Shown here piece by piece: positions 7,957 to 16,554 of a DNA stretch of 29,605 bases; positions within the stretch are counted from its first letter, which is position 1, and each line of letters starts with the position of its first letter. This stretch comes from a virus (taxonomy: Duplodnaviria; Heunggongvirae; Uroviricota; Caudoviricetes). The notes beneath the pieces were generated by a model that ran no database searches, was not told the DNA's origin, and was given only the letters and a program-made list of their open reading frames with translations. The DNA is taken from the IMG/VR virus record IMGVR_UViG_2547132415_000023. One strand, given 5' to 3'. Position numbers and translations under genes: made by a program.

Positions 7957-7975
7957 GGCGTGGCGGGGAAAGCAT
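7957..7975 (+). other. cos site (19-nt cohesive-end sequence) of a P2/186-type phage
   Basis: GGCGTGGCGGGGAAAGCAT followed by TGCGCGC matches my recollection of the P2/186 cohesive ends (P2 GGCGAGGCGGGGAAAGCAC). Orientation agrees with a leftward portal gene to its right. Confidence 0.55.
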
Positions 7976-8239
7976 TGCGCGCAACGAACAAAAATGATTT
8001 TTGGAACTTTGATTGTTTTGGCAACGTTGTCTTAATGTAGTTGATGTCTAATGACTTATGTGCTGTCATAGCGGCAATAGCTTGTATGACTCTTATCGAT
8101 AGACTAATTAAATTATATAAATCAGATTACTAATGTGCTAAAGCGATTATAAGACTAACTCCATCATAAATTAAAGAATTAAGTTAGTCTGTTAAAATAG
8201 GTGAATTGAGAGAAAGTAATTTATAAATTAGGAGGAAAT

Positions 8240-9568
8240 ATGAATTGTAATGAACTTTTTTATTCCGCTGACAACCATGCATTAACGTTGCATGAAAGAA
8301 CAAAGTTATCTACGGTTGTTTTAGATAAAGGCATTACAAAAAAGAATGAATTAATAGAGTTTTTGAGAGAGGAATTAAAAGGGTCATTTGGTTGCGACGT
8401 TAAGTTTTGGTTGCAAGGATCATACAAAAGTCACACTCTCATTAAGCCTGTTGATAAGTTTTCTTCATATGATATTGATGTGGGCATTTATTTGTTCTTT
8501 GATGCAGAGGCTGAAGAGATTAATTCAAAGGATGTAAAGGATACGTTGAAAGATGCTTTACTATCTTACTGCGAAATAAATAACGAGGCGAAGATTCAGG
8601 AGTCAAAGAATGCGTGTGAGGGATTAATATTCTCCTCCTTTCTTACAATCGACACCCCTATCTATTATAAAACAACGACAAAAGTAAAACTTGCAACAGA
8701 TAAAGGTTGGAGTGATAGCGATCCAAAAGCTATACAAGACTGGTTAACAAATTCACATGCTACAAAACCAGCTAGAGCATTAATGAAACGGCTCGTCCGT
8801 TACTTTAAAGCATGGGTTAATGTACAGTGGCACGGTACTTCATTTAAAAAAATACCTTCGTTAGCGATAAATGTCCTAGTTGCTAATAACTTAAGTATCC
8901 ATGATAGAGAGGACGATTGTTTTATATATACAGTGTTAGCTATTTGTGAGCAATTAGAGCGCTCAATGGAAGTAGAGAATCCTCTTAATGGCACCAATTT
9001 GCTTGCGATGCCTGATGATGCTTTAACTTTCGCGCATCAAAAGCTTCAACAATTGAAGAAAGTTTGTATAGATTGTATAGATGCCAACGAAAATGAAAGG
9101 AATATAAATTTTTCTAATTTATTCCAACATTATTTCCCTCAGGTAACGATCGTATCAAACGGAGGGGGAACTGGTCTGCCAGCGATTACTACAACCCCAG
9201 AAATATCTGTCTGTCGTTATGATAAACATGGTTCCCACATTGAAACTGTCTTAACGGATCAGTTAACGGTTGATAAAGGTGACTCATTAACATTCACCAT
9301 TTGTAATCCTGGGGCTTTTAGCCCTTATGCTCAGACGAAATGGACGGTTAGAAATGTTGGTAGCCAAGCTAATGATGCCAATGATATAGGGCACATTGAA
9401 TATGGAAAACCCAACGAAAGTCATAAACGGGGAACGTCTTATACTGGCTCGCATACGATGGAATGTATGGTTACTTACAATGGCGCTGTTTTAGGTTTAA
9501 AAGTTATTCAAGTTATAGTACGGCCTGCAATTTCTGTTAAAAGACCTATTAGAAAGTTTTGGAGATGA
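8240..9568 (+). CDS. cGAS/DncV-like (SMODS-type) nucleotidyltransferase with C-terminal extension; candidate signal synthase of a defence module
   Basis: 442 aa, strong RBS AGGAGG at 8231-8236. Pol-beta NTase signature G60-S61 ... D78-I-D80 (QGSYKSHTLIKPVDKFSSYDIDVGIYLF), with further acidic residues downstream. About 140 C-terminal residues are Gly/Thr/Ser-rich and beta-like with no recognised match. Low-GC gene. Confidence 0.7.
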   Translation: MNCNELFYSADNHALTLHERTKLSTVVLDKGITKKNELIEFLREELKGSFGCDVKFWLQGSYKSHTLIKPVDKFSSYDIDVGIYLFFDAEAEEINSKDVKDTLKDALLSYCEINNEAKIQESKNACEGLIFSSFLTIDTPIYYKTTTKVKLATDKGWSDSDPKAIQDWLTNSHATKPARALMKRLVRYFKAWVNVQWHGTSFKKIPSLAINVLVANNLSIHDREDDCFIYTVLAICEQLERSMEVENPLNGTNLLAMPDDALTFAHQKLQQLKKVCIDCIDANENERNINFSNLFQHYFPQVTIVSNGGGTGLPAITTTPEISVCRYDKHGSHIETVLTDQLTVDKGDSLTFTICNPGAFSPYAQTKWTVRNVGSQANDANDIGHIEYGKPNESHKRGTSYTGSHTMECMVTYNGAVLGLKVIQVIVRPAISVKRPIRKFWR

Positions 9569-9572
9569 TAGT

Positions 9573-10151
9573 ATGTGGGAACTAATGCCACCAAAAGCTA
9601 AATACGGCTTATCAATTGGAATTTCTATTCTTATCTTCCTTATGTATAAGGAATGTTTTAAGTTTCCTTTTGCTAGATCTATCTCCTTTACGATCAGTAC
9701 CATTACCATCCTTGCTTGGTTATTTGGAAAGTATTTATGGAAATATATTTATTTTGGTATCTTTAAACGGAATTTTTGCCCAGATTTTAATGGCACGTGG
9801 ACGGCTACGATAAAATCAAATTTTAGCCCGAATACTCAGGTTGAATTTCCATTAAAGATAGAGGCTAATTTCTTCTCTGTTAAGATGACAGGCAATACCA
9901 CTATCGGAAGAACCTACACAAATCTATGTAAAATTGTTCGTGCAGAAGATGATAGTTTCGAGTTGGTATATATGTTTAGAGTTATGAATGACTCTCCATC
10001 TGATTCTGATGCTGTTTTCTATGAAGGGGCGGCGAGGTTACGTGTAGTTGACATTGACTCTATGCAAATGATAGGGGTCTTTTGGACAAATCGATGTTGG
10101 CAAAATAATTTAAACACTGCTGGTTCTATAACTTTAACGAAACAGAGTTAG
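9573..10151 (+). CDS. Small membrane effector candidate: two N-terminal TM helices plus beta-rich C-terminal domain (Cap15-like)
   Basis: 192 aa, starts 4 nt after the NTase stop with its own GGAG RBS. Hydrophobic segments LSIGISILIFLMY (~13-25) and ISFTISTITILAWLF (~37-51); the C-terminal ~130 aa shows alternating hydrophobic patterns suggesting beta strands. Confidence 0.65.
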   Translation: MWELMPPKAKYGLSIGISILIFLMYKECFKFPFARSISFTISTITILAWLFGKYLWKYIYFGIFKRNFCPDFNGTWTATIKSNFSPNTQVEFPLKIEANFFSVKMTGNTTIGRTYTNLCKIVRAEDDSFELVYMFRVMNDSPSDSDAVFYEGAARLRVVDIDSMQMIGVFWTNRCWQNNLNTAGSITLTKQS

Positions 10152-10207
10152 CTTTCATTAATTTCAATCCTACTTTTCTTGGGTCAGGATTAACAGACTC
10201 TGTCAGA

Positions 10208-10238
10208 GTTGGTACGTACCATTTAGTTGGTACGTACC
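10208..10238. repeat. Tandem pair of 10-bp perfect palindromes (GTTGGTACGTACC x2)
   Basis: GTTGGTACGTACC at 10208-10220 and 10226-10238, each containing GGTACGTACC; adjacent CTCTG-T-CAGAG inverted repeat at ~10198-10208. In the convergent gap between the 2TM gene and portal gene ends. Confidence 0.5.
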
Positions 10239-10245
10239 CTATCAT

Positions 10246-11262
10246 CTAATCCTCGTCAATACTGTAATCCTTGAAGCGGACCACTTCCATTCCCAGCCAG
10301 TCATTAATTTCTTTAAATCGCTCCTGCAACGGTGTCAGCTCATTACGTACGAACACCTTTGCCACCTTCTCAACATCACCGAGCGACGCGATGTTTTCAG
10401 GCTTGCCCCCCATTAGCTGGAACGGCACGCGGTGTGCATCGAGCAGGTCAGCGGCGCTCACCTTTTTAATGTTAAAGAAATCATCTTTCGTCGCGACCTC
10501 ACTCAAAGGCACGATCTTGATGCCGTCGGGTTTACCGTTTGGCGCATAGAAAAACAGGTTTTTAAAATTCCCTAGTCCTTTTGAGTCACGCATGGCCGAG
10601 CGCAGCGCATCAACATCCGTGCTGCTTTGTGCCGCATCGGTCACATACATGATGTAACCCGCATGCGCCCCGTTCTGGTAATACTTGCGACGAAAAAGCG
10701 TGGCGGATTCATTCAGCCACGCGGAATTGAGTGCGCTCAGGTATTCCGGCATGCCATAAAGCTCCTGATTGATGTCAGGCTCCAGCAGGTGAAACACCGA
10801 GCCGGGTGCGAACTGGTGCGGGTTGTTAAAACTCGAAATGTACCAGTAAACTCCATCCTCAACGCCACGACGGGTATATTTAGCAGGTGATGTTTCCAGT
10901 TTTATAAGCTGGCCGGTGACGCTCATGCGCTTCTCAAGATAGCCGTTGGCAAAGACCAGATAATCCAGTACGAGGCGGCTGAAATCCTGACGTGACAGCA
11001 GCGGGTGCGGGATGTAGGTACTCGCCAGAATGTTACGTTTCACGTAAATCGGCGAGCTGTGATGAACGGCGGCGCGCAGGCTTTTTGCCAGACCAGAGAA
11101 GTTGACCGGCGGCTCGTACCACTTACCGTTATTGATGCACTCGACATAATCGAGGATATCGCGACGATCCAGAACGGCAGAGGGCTCGCCAAAGGTGAAC
11201 GCCTCCATTTTTTGCGGTGCGCTAACGGTCGTTGTGGTGGGTATCTTCAGTTGCTTTTTCAT
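10246..11262 (-). CDS. Q: Portal protein gpQ
   Basis: 338 aa, size and position (leftward, next to cos, preceding P) match P2 Q. Confidence 0.9.
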   Translation of the reverse strand: MKKQLKIPTTTTVSAPQKMEAFTFGEPSAVLDRRDILDYVECINNGKWYEPPVNFSGLAKSLRAAVHHSSPIYVKRNILASTYIPHPLLSRQDFSRLVLDYLVFANGYLEKRMSVTGQLIKLETSPAKYTRRGVEDGVYWYISSFNNPHQFAPGSVFHLLEPDINQELYGMPEYLSALNSAWLNESATLFRRKYYQNGAHAGYIMYVTDAAQSSTDVDALRSAMRDSKGLGNFKNLFFYAPNGKPDGIKIVPLSEVATKDDFFNIKKVSAADLLDAHRVPFQLMGGKPENIASLGDVEKVAKVFVRNELTPLQERFKEINDWLGMEVVRFKDYSIDED

Positions 11263-11263
11263 G

Positions 11264-13033
11264 TCAGTTAATATCCAGAATTGTCGTTGAATGCATGCCG
11301 CTACCGGCGGAAAGAGGTTCGTTTAACAGGGCGTGCATGGTCGCCCATGCGATATCGGCGTGACTGGCTTCCTCGGTACGGCAGGCCTCGTAGGTGGCGC
11401 TGCGCCCGCTGCTGGTCATGGTTTTGCGAATCGACATAAACGACTGCGTGACGTCGGTCGCCCCGGCGTCGTACTCCAGGCAGCCGCGGCGAATGGTGTC
11501 TTTCGCCTTGAGCACCATTGCGGTTTTCATTTCAGGGGTGTAACGGATGCCGCGTGCAGCCGGGTAGAATGAGCGCACCAACTGGAATACGCCGAGGCCG
11601 AGGCCGGTTGCGTCAATGCCGATGTATTCGACGTTGTATTTCTCGGTCAGTTTGCGGATGCCCTCAGCCTGAGCGGCAAAGTCCATGCCTTTCCACTGGT
11701 GGCGCTCCAGCATGCGGAACTTGCCACCAGAGACCACTGGCGGCGCGAGCACGACGCACCCGGCACTGTCGCCGGTGTGTGACGGGTCGTAGCCAATCCA
11801 GACAGGACGAGAGCCGAACGGATGGTCGGCGAACGGGGCAAAGTCCTCCCATTCCTCCATCACATCGACCATGCAGCGCTGCAGCTCCTCGAACGGGAAT
11901 ACCGACGCTTTATCGTCGACAAACTCGCACATAAACAGGTTCTTAAAGTCCTCATCACTGTTTTCGCGTTTGAGCTGGTCGAGGTCGAACAGGGTGCAGC
12001 CACCCGCAAGGGCGTCCTCAATGGTGACAATCTGCCGCCACTGGCCATCGTCGCAGAGCTGGCCACCGGCGAGCGCGCTGTGACTGATGTCGATTTCGAT
12101 GCGGTCGGCAATCCGGCTGCGCCCCTTGTTGAACAGCTCGCCAGACCAGAAGGGGTAAGCACCGTGCGCCAGCGTGGAAGGTGTCGAAAAATAGGTCGAG
12201 CGCAGGTGCTTTTGCGAGGCCATGCCCGAGGCGACTTTGCGCAGTTTCTGAAAATTCGGGATCCAGAATATTTCATCGACATACAGGTCGCCGTTATGGC
12301 TCTGCGCGGTGTTGGAATTGGTACCGAGAAAAATCAGTTTTGCGCCGTTGTTACCAATGGCAATCGGGTCGCCGGTCAGGTCAACGTCGACCAATCGCGC
12401 AAACTGGATGATGTATTCGCGGAACACGTAAGCCTGCGTTTTACTGGCTGATAAAAATATCTGGTTATGGCCGGTTTTGAGTGCGCGCAGCAGTGCCTCG
12501 CGGGAGAAATAGAACGTCGCGCCAATCTGGCGGGATTTGAGAATGTCACGAATACGGTGCTCCAGTCCTGCGCGGTACCACTGCAACTGGTACTCGAAAG
12601 ACTGGTCGAAAAATAATTCCTCCAGTTTCTCGATAGCCTCGTCGCTGAAAAAATTCTTTTTCGGCTTTTTGCGCTCCCCTTTGTTGCGGTTGGCGACGTT
12701 GGGGTTAAGGTCGGCCTCGTTGCCGGTCTGGCTGTAGCGGTTGACGCGCGCCAGCCGTTCAATCTGCCGTCCGAGCAGGTCAATCTCTTTGAAATCGCCG
12801 CCTGTCTTTTGCGGCTTGGCGATGAGCTGAATCAGCCTAGCCTCAAGGCTGCTTTCAACGCGGGAAATCGGCGCGATGCCGTCCCAGCCGTCGCGCTGCT
12901 TCCAGCTCTGCACGGTCGGGCGCTTGACCTGCAGCATTTCGGCAATCTGTGGCACGGAAAAACCCTGCCAGTAAAGCAGCGATGCCTGCCGTCGCGGGTC
13001 ATGCAACAAGGTTGTATCGGTGGAAATGGTCAT
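11264..13033 (-). CDS. P: Terminase large (ATPase) subunit gpP
   Basis: 589 aa, leftward, directly upstream of Q with a 1-nt gap; size matches P2 P (~590 aa). Confidence 0.9.
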   Translation of the reverse strand: MTISTDTTLLHDPRRQASLLYWQGFSVPQIAEMLQVKRPTVQSWKQRDGWDGIAPISRVESSLEARLIQLIAKPQKTGGDFKEIDLLGRQIERLARVNRYSQTGNEADLNPNVANRNKGERKKPKKNFFSDEAIEKLEELFFDQSFEYQLQWYRAGLEHRIRDILKSRQIGATFYFSREALLRALKTGHNQIFLSASKTQAYVFREYIIQFARLVDVDLTGDPIAIGNNGAKLIFLGTNSNTAQSHNGDLYVDEIFWIPNFQKLRKVASGMASQKHLRSTYFSTPSTLAHGAYPFWSGELFNKGRSRIADRIEIDISHSALAGGQLCDDGQWRQIVTIEDALAGGCTLFDLDQLKRENSDEDFKNLFMCEFVDDKASVFPFEELQRCMVDVMEEWEDFAPFADHPFGSRPVWIGYDPSHTGDSAGCVVLAPPVVSGGKFRMLERHQWKGMDFAAQAEGIRKLTEKYNVEYIGIDATGLGLGVFQLVRSFYPAARGIRYTPEMKTAMVLKAKDTIRRGCLEYDAGATDVTQSFMSIRKTMTSSGRSATYEACRTEEASHADIAWATMHALLNEPLSAGSGMHSTTILDIN

Positions 13034-13198
13034 TGATGCCTCGCCGTAGTGGATTCAGGGCAAGGCTACTTAATGGCCGTCAGTGATTCGCTAAGGTGCT
13101 GTTGTGTGGGCGGTTGTCCAGTCGTCATTGGTGGTCTGGCGTGTCCTGAGTCTGGAAACTGGCGGTGACCAGTAACCTCAACCTCAGGACTCCTGACA

Positions 13199-14053
13199 AT
13201 GGCAAAAAAAGTCTCAAAATTCTTTCGCATCGGCGTCGAGGGTGACACCTGCGACGGCCGCATTATCAGCGGCAACGATATTCAGGAAATGGCCGAATCG
13301 TTTGACCCTCGCGTCTACGGTTGCCGCATTAACCTTGAGCATATTCGCGGTCTCTTTCCTGATGGCGACTTCAAACGCTTAGGCGATGTGGTTGAACTGA
13401 AAGCTGAAATAATTGACGACGATTCTGCGCTTAACGGCAAATGGGCGTTGTTCGCCAGAATCACCCCAACCGACGACCTGATTGCGATGAATAAAAAATT
13501 GCAGAAGGTCTACACCTCAATGGAAATTCAGCCGAATTTTGCCAATACCGGCAAATGCTACCTCGTCGGCCTTGCTGTCACCGATGACCCGGCGAGCCTC
13601 GGCACTGAATACCTCGAATTCTGCCGCAACGCGAAGCACAACCCTCTGCAGCGCTTTAAGGCCAACCCTGAAAACGTCTTTTCCGCTGCCACGCTGGCCG
13701 AACTGGAATTTGAAGACGTTCCCGATACGGTGCTAAACAGCCTGGCAGATAAGGTGAAAGCCATTTTCAGCCGTAAGCAGGTCAGCGACGATGCGCGCCT
13801 GAATGATGTGCATGAAGCGGTGACCACCGTCAGCGAGCATGTGCAGACCAACCTCACTGCGCAGGATCAGCGTCTTTCCGCTATGGAAGCCGCGCTTACC
13901 ACCTTTAAACAGGAACTGACCGGCAAGATTGAAGAAACCAGCCAGGCATTTTCCGCCCTGAAAGCCACCCTCGACAAAACCGAAAGTTTCAGCCAGCCGC
14001 GACGCACGAAAGCCAGCGGCGGTGGTGGCGATGAGCTGCTGACCGACTGCTGA
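13199..14053 (+). CDS. O: Capsid scaffolding protein gpO
   Basis: 284 aa, first gene of the rightward late operon divergent from P; size identical to P2 O. Confidence 0.85.
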   Translation: MAKKVSKFFRIGVEGDTCDGRIISGNDIQEMAESFDPRVYGCRINLEHIRGLFPDGDFKRLGDVVELKAEIIDDDSALNGKWALFARITPTDDLIAMNKKLQKVYTSMEIQPNFANTGKCYLVGLAVTDDPASLGTEYLEFCRNAKHNPLQRFKANPENVFSAATLAELEFEDVPDTVLNSLADKVKAIFSRKQVSDDARLNDVHEAVTTVSEHVQTNLTAQDQRLSAMEAALTTFKQELTGKIEETSQAFSALKATLDKTESFSQPRRTKASGGGGDELLTDC

Positions 14054-14072
14054 TAAACCGCAGACCAGAAAC

Positions 14073-14091
14073 CGGGCGGTAACTCCGCCCG
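14073..14091 (+). other. Stem-loop between O and N (no U-tract)
   Basis: CGGGCGG-TAACT-CCGCCCG, a 7-bp perfect stem with no following T-run; possible RNA processing or stability element. Confidence 0.3.
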
Positions 14092-14129
14092 ATGCAGTGA
14101 CTAACCGATAAATTCAAACAGGAAATACT

Positions 14130-15197
14130 ATGCGCCCGGAAACCCGTTTTAAGTTCAATGCCTATCTGACCCGCGTCGCTGAGCTGAACGGCATCAGCAC
14201 TGATGACGTCAGTAAAAAATTCACCGTCGAGCCGTCCGTCACGCAAACGCTGATGAACAAAGTGCAGGAGTCATCCGCGTTTCTGCAGACGATTAACATT
14301 CTGCCGGTCGCAGAAATGAAGGGTGAGAAAATCGGCGTCGGTGTGACCGGTACTATCGCCAGCACGACCGACACCTCGGGCGATGATGAGCGTAAGACCG
14401 CAGACTTCACCGCGCTTGAGTCCAACAAGTACGAGTGCGACCAGATTAACTTTGACTTCCATCTGAAATATAAAACCCTCGACCTGTGGGCGCGTTTTCA
14501 GGACTTTCAGCGCCGCATCCGTGACGCCATTGTTAAGCGTCAGGCGCTCGATTTCATCATGGCCGGTTTTAACGGTACCACCCGCGCCGCCACCTCTGAC
14601 CGCACCAAAAATCCGATGCTGCAGGATGTAGCCGTCGGCTGGCTGCAGAAATACCGCAACGAAGCCCCGACGCGTGTGATGAGCAATATCACCGATGCTG
14701 ACGGTAAGGTCGTTTCGGCAGTGATTCGCGTCGGTAAAAACGGCGACTATGAGAACCTCGACGCGCTGGTGATGGATGCTACCAACAACCTGATTGACGA
14801 GGTTTATCAGGATGACCCGAAACTCGTTGCCATCGTTGGCCGTAAGCTGCTGGCCGACAAATATTTCCCGCTGGTGAACAAGCCGCAAGAAAACAGCGAA
14901 GCGCTCGCGGCAGATATCATCATCAGCCAGAAGCGAATCGGCAACCTGCCTGCTGTGCGTGTGCCGTACTTCCCGGCGAATGCCGTGTTAGTGACAACGC
15001 TGGAAAACCTCTCTATCTATTTCATGGATGAGAGCCACCGCCGCAGCATTGATGAAAACCCGAAAAAAGACCGCGTGGAAAACTACGAGTCAATGAATAT
15101 CGACTATGTGGTCGAGGCGTATGCCGCCGGGTGTCTGCTGGAAAACATCACCCTGGGCGATTTCACCGCACCTGCAGCACCGGAAAGCGGAGAGTAA
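14130..15197 (+). CDS. N: Major capsid protein gpN
   Basis: 355 aa after O; size and position match P2 N. Confidence 0.9.
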   Translation: MRPETRFKFNAYLTRVAELNGISTDDVSKKFTVEPSVTQTLMNKVQESSAFLQTINILPVAEMKGEKIGVGVTGTIASTTDTSGDDERKTADFTALESNKYECDQINFDFHLKYKTLDLWARFQDFQRRIRDAIVKRQALDFIMAGFNGTTRAATSDRTKNPMLQDVAVGWLQKYRNEAPTRVMSNITDADGKVVSAVIRVGKNGDYENLDALVMDATNNLIDEVYQDDPKLVAIVGRKLLADKYFPLVNKPQENSEALAADIIISQKRIGNLPAVRVPYFPANAVLVTTLENLSIYFMDESHRRSIDENPKKDRVENYESMNIDYVVEAYAAGCLLENITLGDFTAPAAPESGE

Positions 15198-15201
15198 GCC
15201 C

Positions 15202-15951
15202 ATGACGAGCCCCGCACAGCGTCACATGATGCGGGTCTCGGCCTCTCAAGCCGCGCAGCGGGAACAAGCCCCGCTGCGCCATGCAACCGCCTACGAGCAG
15301 ATGCTGGTAAAGCTGGCCGATGACCGCCGCACGTTGAAAACCATCCGTTCAAACGAACTGAAAGCCGCGAAAAAGCGTGAGCTGCTGCCGTTCTATGCGC
15401 CGTGGGTCGCCGGTGTGCTGGCTGATGGCCGTGGTGCGCAGGATGACATTCTGATGACAGTCATGCTGTGGCGTCTCGATGCCGGTGATATCGCTGGCGC
15501 GCTGGAAATTGCGCCATACGCGCTGAAGTACGGCCTCACCTCTGACTATCGCCGCACGACACCTTACATGCTGGTTGAGGAGGTGGCGCTTGCCGCGCTG
15601 CGCCTGCGCGATGCCGGTGAGCCTGTCGACCTCGCATTACTGCTGACCACCCTTAGCCTGACCGACGGCGCTGACGTTCCCGATATGGTGCGCGCTCGAC
15701 TGCATAAGGTGACCGGCCTAACCCTGCGCGATGCCGGTCAGAGCGCCGAAGCACTGGCACAGTTTCAGCGCGCGATGCAGCTCGACCGCAATGCCGGTGT
15801 GCGCAAAGAGATTGAGCGGCTGGAGCGCGCATTGAAGCCAAAGCCAGAGGCAGCATCCCGTAAAACGACTAAACCGCGCACGCGCAAACCTGCCAACAAA
15901 CCGGCGGCAAAGCGCGGGCGTCCACCAAAGGCGGTAAAAACCGCCGGTTAA
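15202..15951 (+). CDS. M: Terminase small (endonuclease) subunit gpM
   Basis: Start trimmed to ATG 15202 (MTSPAQRHMM), just after the N stop; the track ORF from 15106 would overlap N. Basic C-terminal tail KPRTRKPANKPAAKRGRPPK. Confidence 0.8.
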   Translation: MTSPAQRHMMRVSASQAAQREQAPLRHATAYEQMLVKLADDRRTLKTIRSNELKAAKKRELLPFYAPWVAGVLADGRGAQDDILMTVMLWRLDAGDIAGALEIAPYALKYGLTSDYRRTTPYMLVEEVALAALRLRDAGEPVDLALLLTTLSLTDGADVPDMVRARLHKVTGLTLRDAGQSAEALAQFQRAMQLDRNAGVRKEIERLERALKPKPEAASRKTTKPRTRKPANKPAAKRGRPPKAVKTAG

Positions 15952-16044
15952 CTGAACGCTCCCCGAGCCGGGCGGCACGCCGGTCAAAGTGGGTTTTGAC
16001 CCTGACGGCGACCGGCGTCCACCGCCCAACCTAATGAGGTTGTC

Positions 16045-16554
16045 ATGACGACAGTAATACTGAATCAGCCCGACGAACCGCAGGACGTACCGGGCGTGGT
16101 GATTCCCACACCGGAGACGGGCGACGCAGTGATTAAAAACACGTTCTTTTTCCCTGATGTGGATCCGAAGCGGGTGCGCGAACTGATGCGCCTTGAGCAG
16201 ACGGTTTCCGATGCGCGCCTACGTAACGCCATCAAGACCGGCATGGCGGAAACCAATGCGGAGCTTTACGACTACCGGCTGCGCCAGATTGCCGCAGGGT
16301 TTAAGACACTGGCCGACGTGCCTGACGCCGAGGAAATCGACGGCGAGAATGTGCGCGTTTTCCACTACCTCAGCGCCGTGACGGCGATGGCGACCGCCAC
16401 CCTGTATGAACGTTATCGCGGGGTTGAGGCCACGGGCAAGGGTGACAAAAAAGCCGACAGCGTCGAAACCACCATTGATGACCTGTGGCGGGATATGCGC
16501 TGGTCGGTCTCGCGTCTGCAGGACAAGCCGCGCTGCATCGTGGGTCAGCTCTGA
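16045..16554 (+). CDS. L: Head completion/stabilisation protein gpL
   Basis: 169 aa, same size as P2 L, after M. Confidence 0.8.
   Translation: MTTVILNQPDEPQDVPGVVIPTPETGDAVIKNTFFFPDVDPKRVRELMRLEQTVSDARLRNAIKTGMAETNAELYDYRLRQIAAGFKTLADVPDAEEIDGENVRVFHYLSAVTAMATATLYERYRGVEATGKGDKKADSVETTIDDLWRDMRWSVSRLQDKPRCIVGQL

Noticed and set aside
8240-9568. Alternative reading of the 442-aa protein as an AbiEii-type or antibiotic-resistance nucleotidyltransferase
   Set aside because: The partner gene is a 2TM membrane protein rather than an HTH antitoxin, and the GS...DxD spacing plus operon context fit a signalling NTase better. This remains unverified without HMM searches.
11333-12451. Several plus-strand ORFs (79-209 aa) inside the terminase large subunit gene
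   Set aside because: All overlap the conserved minus-strand gpP gene; the translations are Arg/Gly/Ala-rich, typical of out-of-frame GC-rich sequence.
13034-13198. Looked for P2-type late promoter dyads (TGT-N12-ACA) in the divergent P/O region
   Set aside because: I could not find a convincing match by eye; late promoters probably exist but I cannot place them reliably.
14271-14888. 205-aa minus-strand ORF inside the major capsid gene
   Set aside because: Antisense to gpN; no independent support.
15106-15201. Upstream extension of the gpM ORF
   Set aside because: Would overlap the last 92 nt of gpN; an ATG at 15202 immediately after the N stop gives a protein of P2 M size.
16485-16553. 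Upstream extension of the gpX ORF
   Set aside because: Overlaps gpL; the ATG at 16554 overlapping the L stop (TGATG) gives the expected 67-aa protein.
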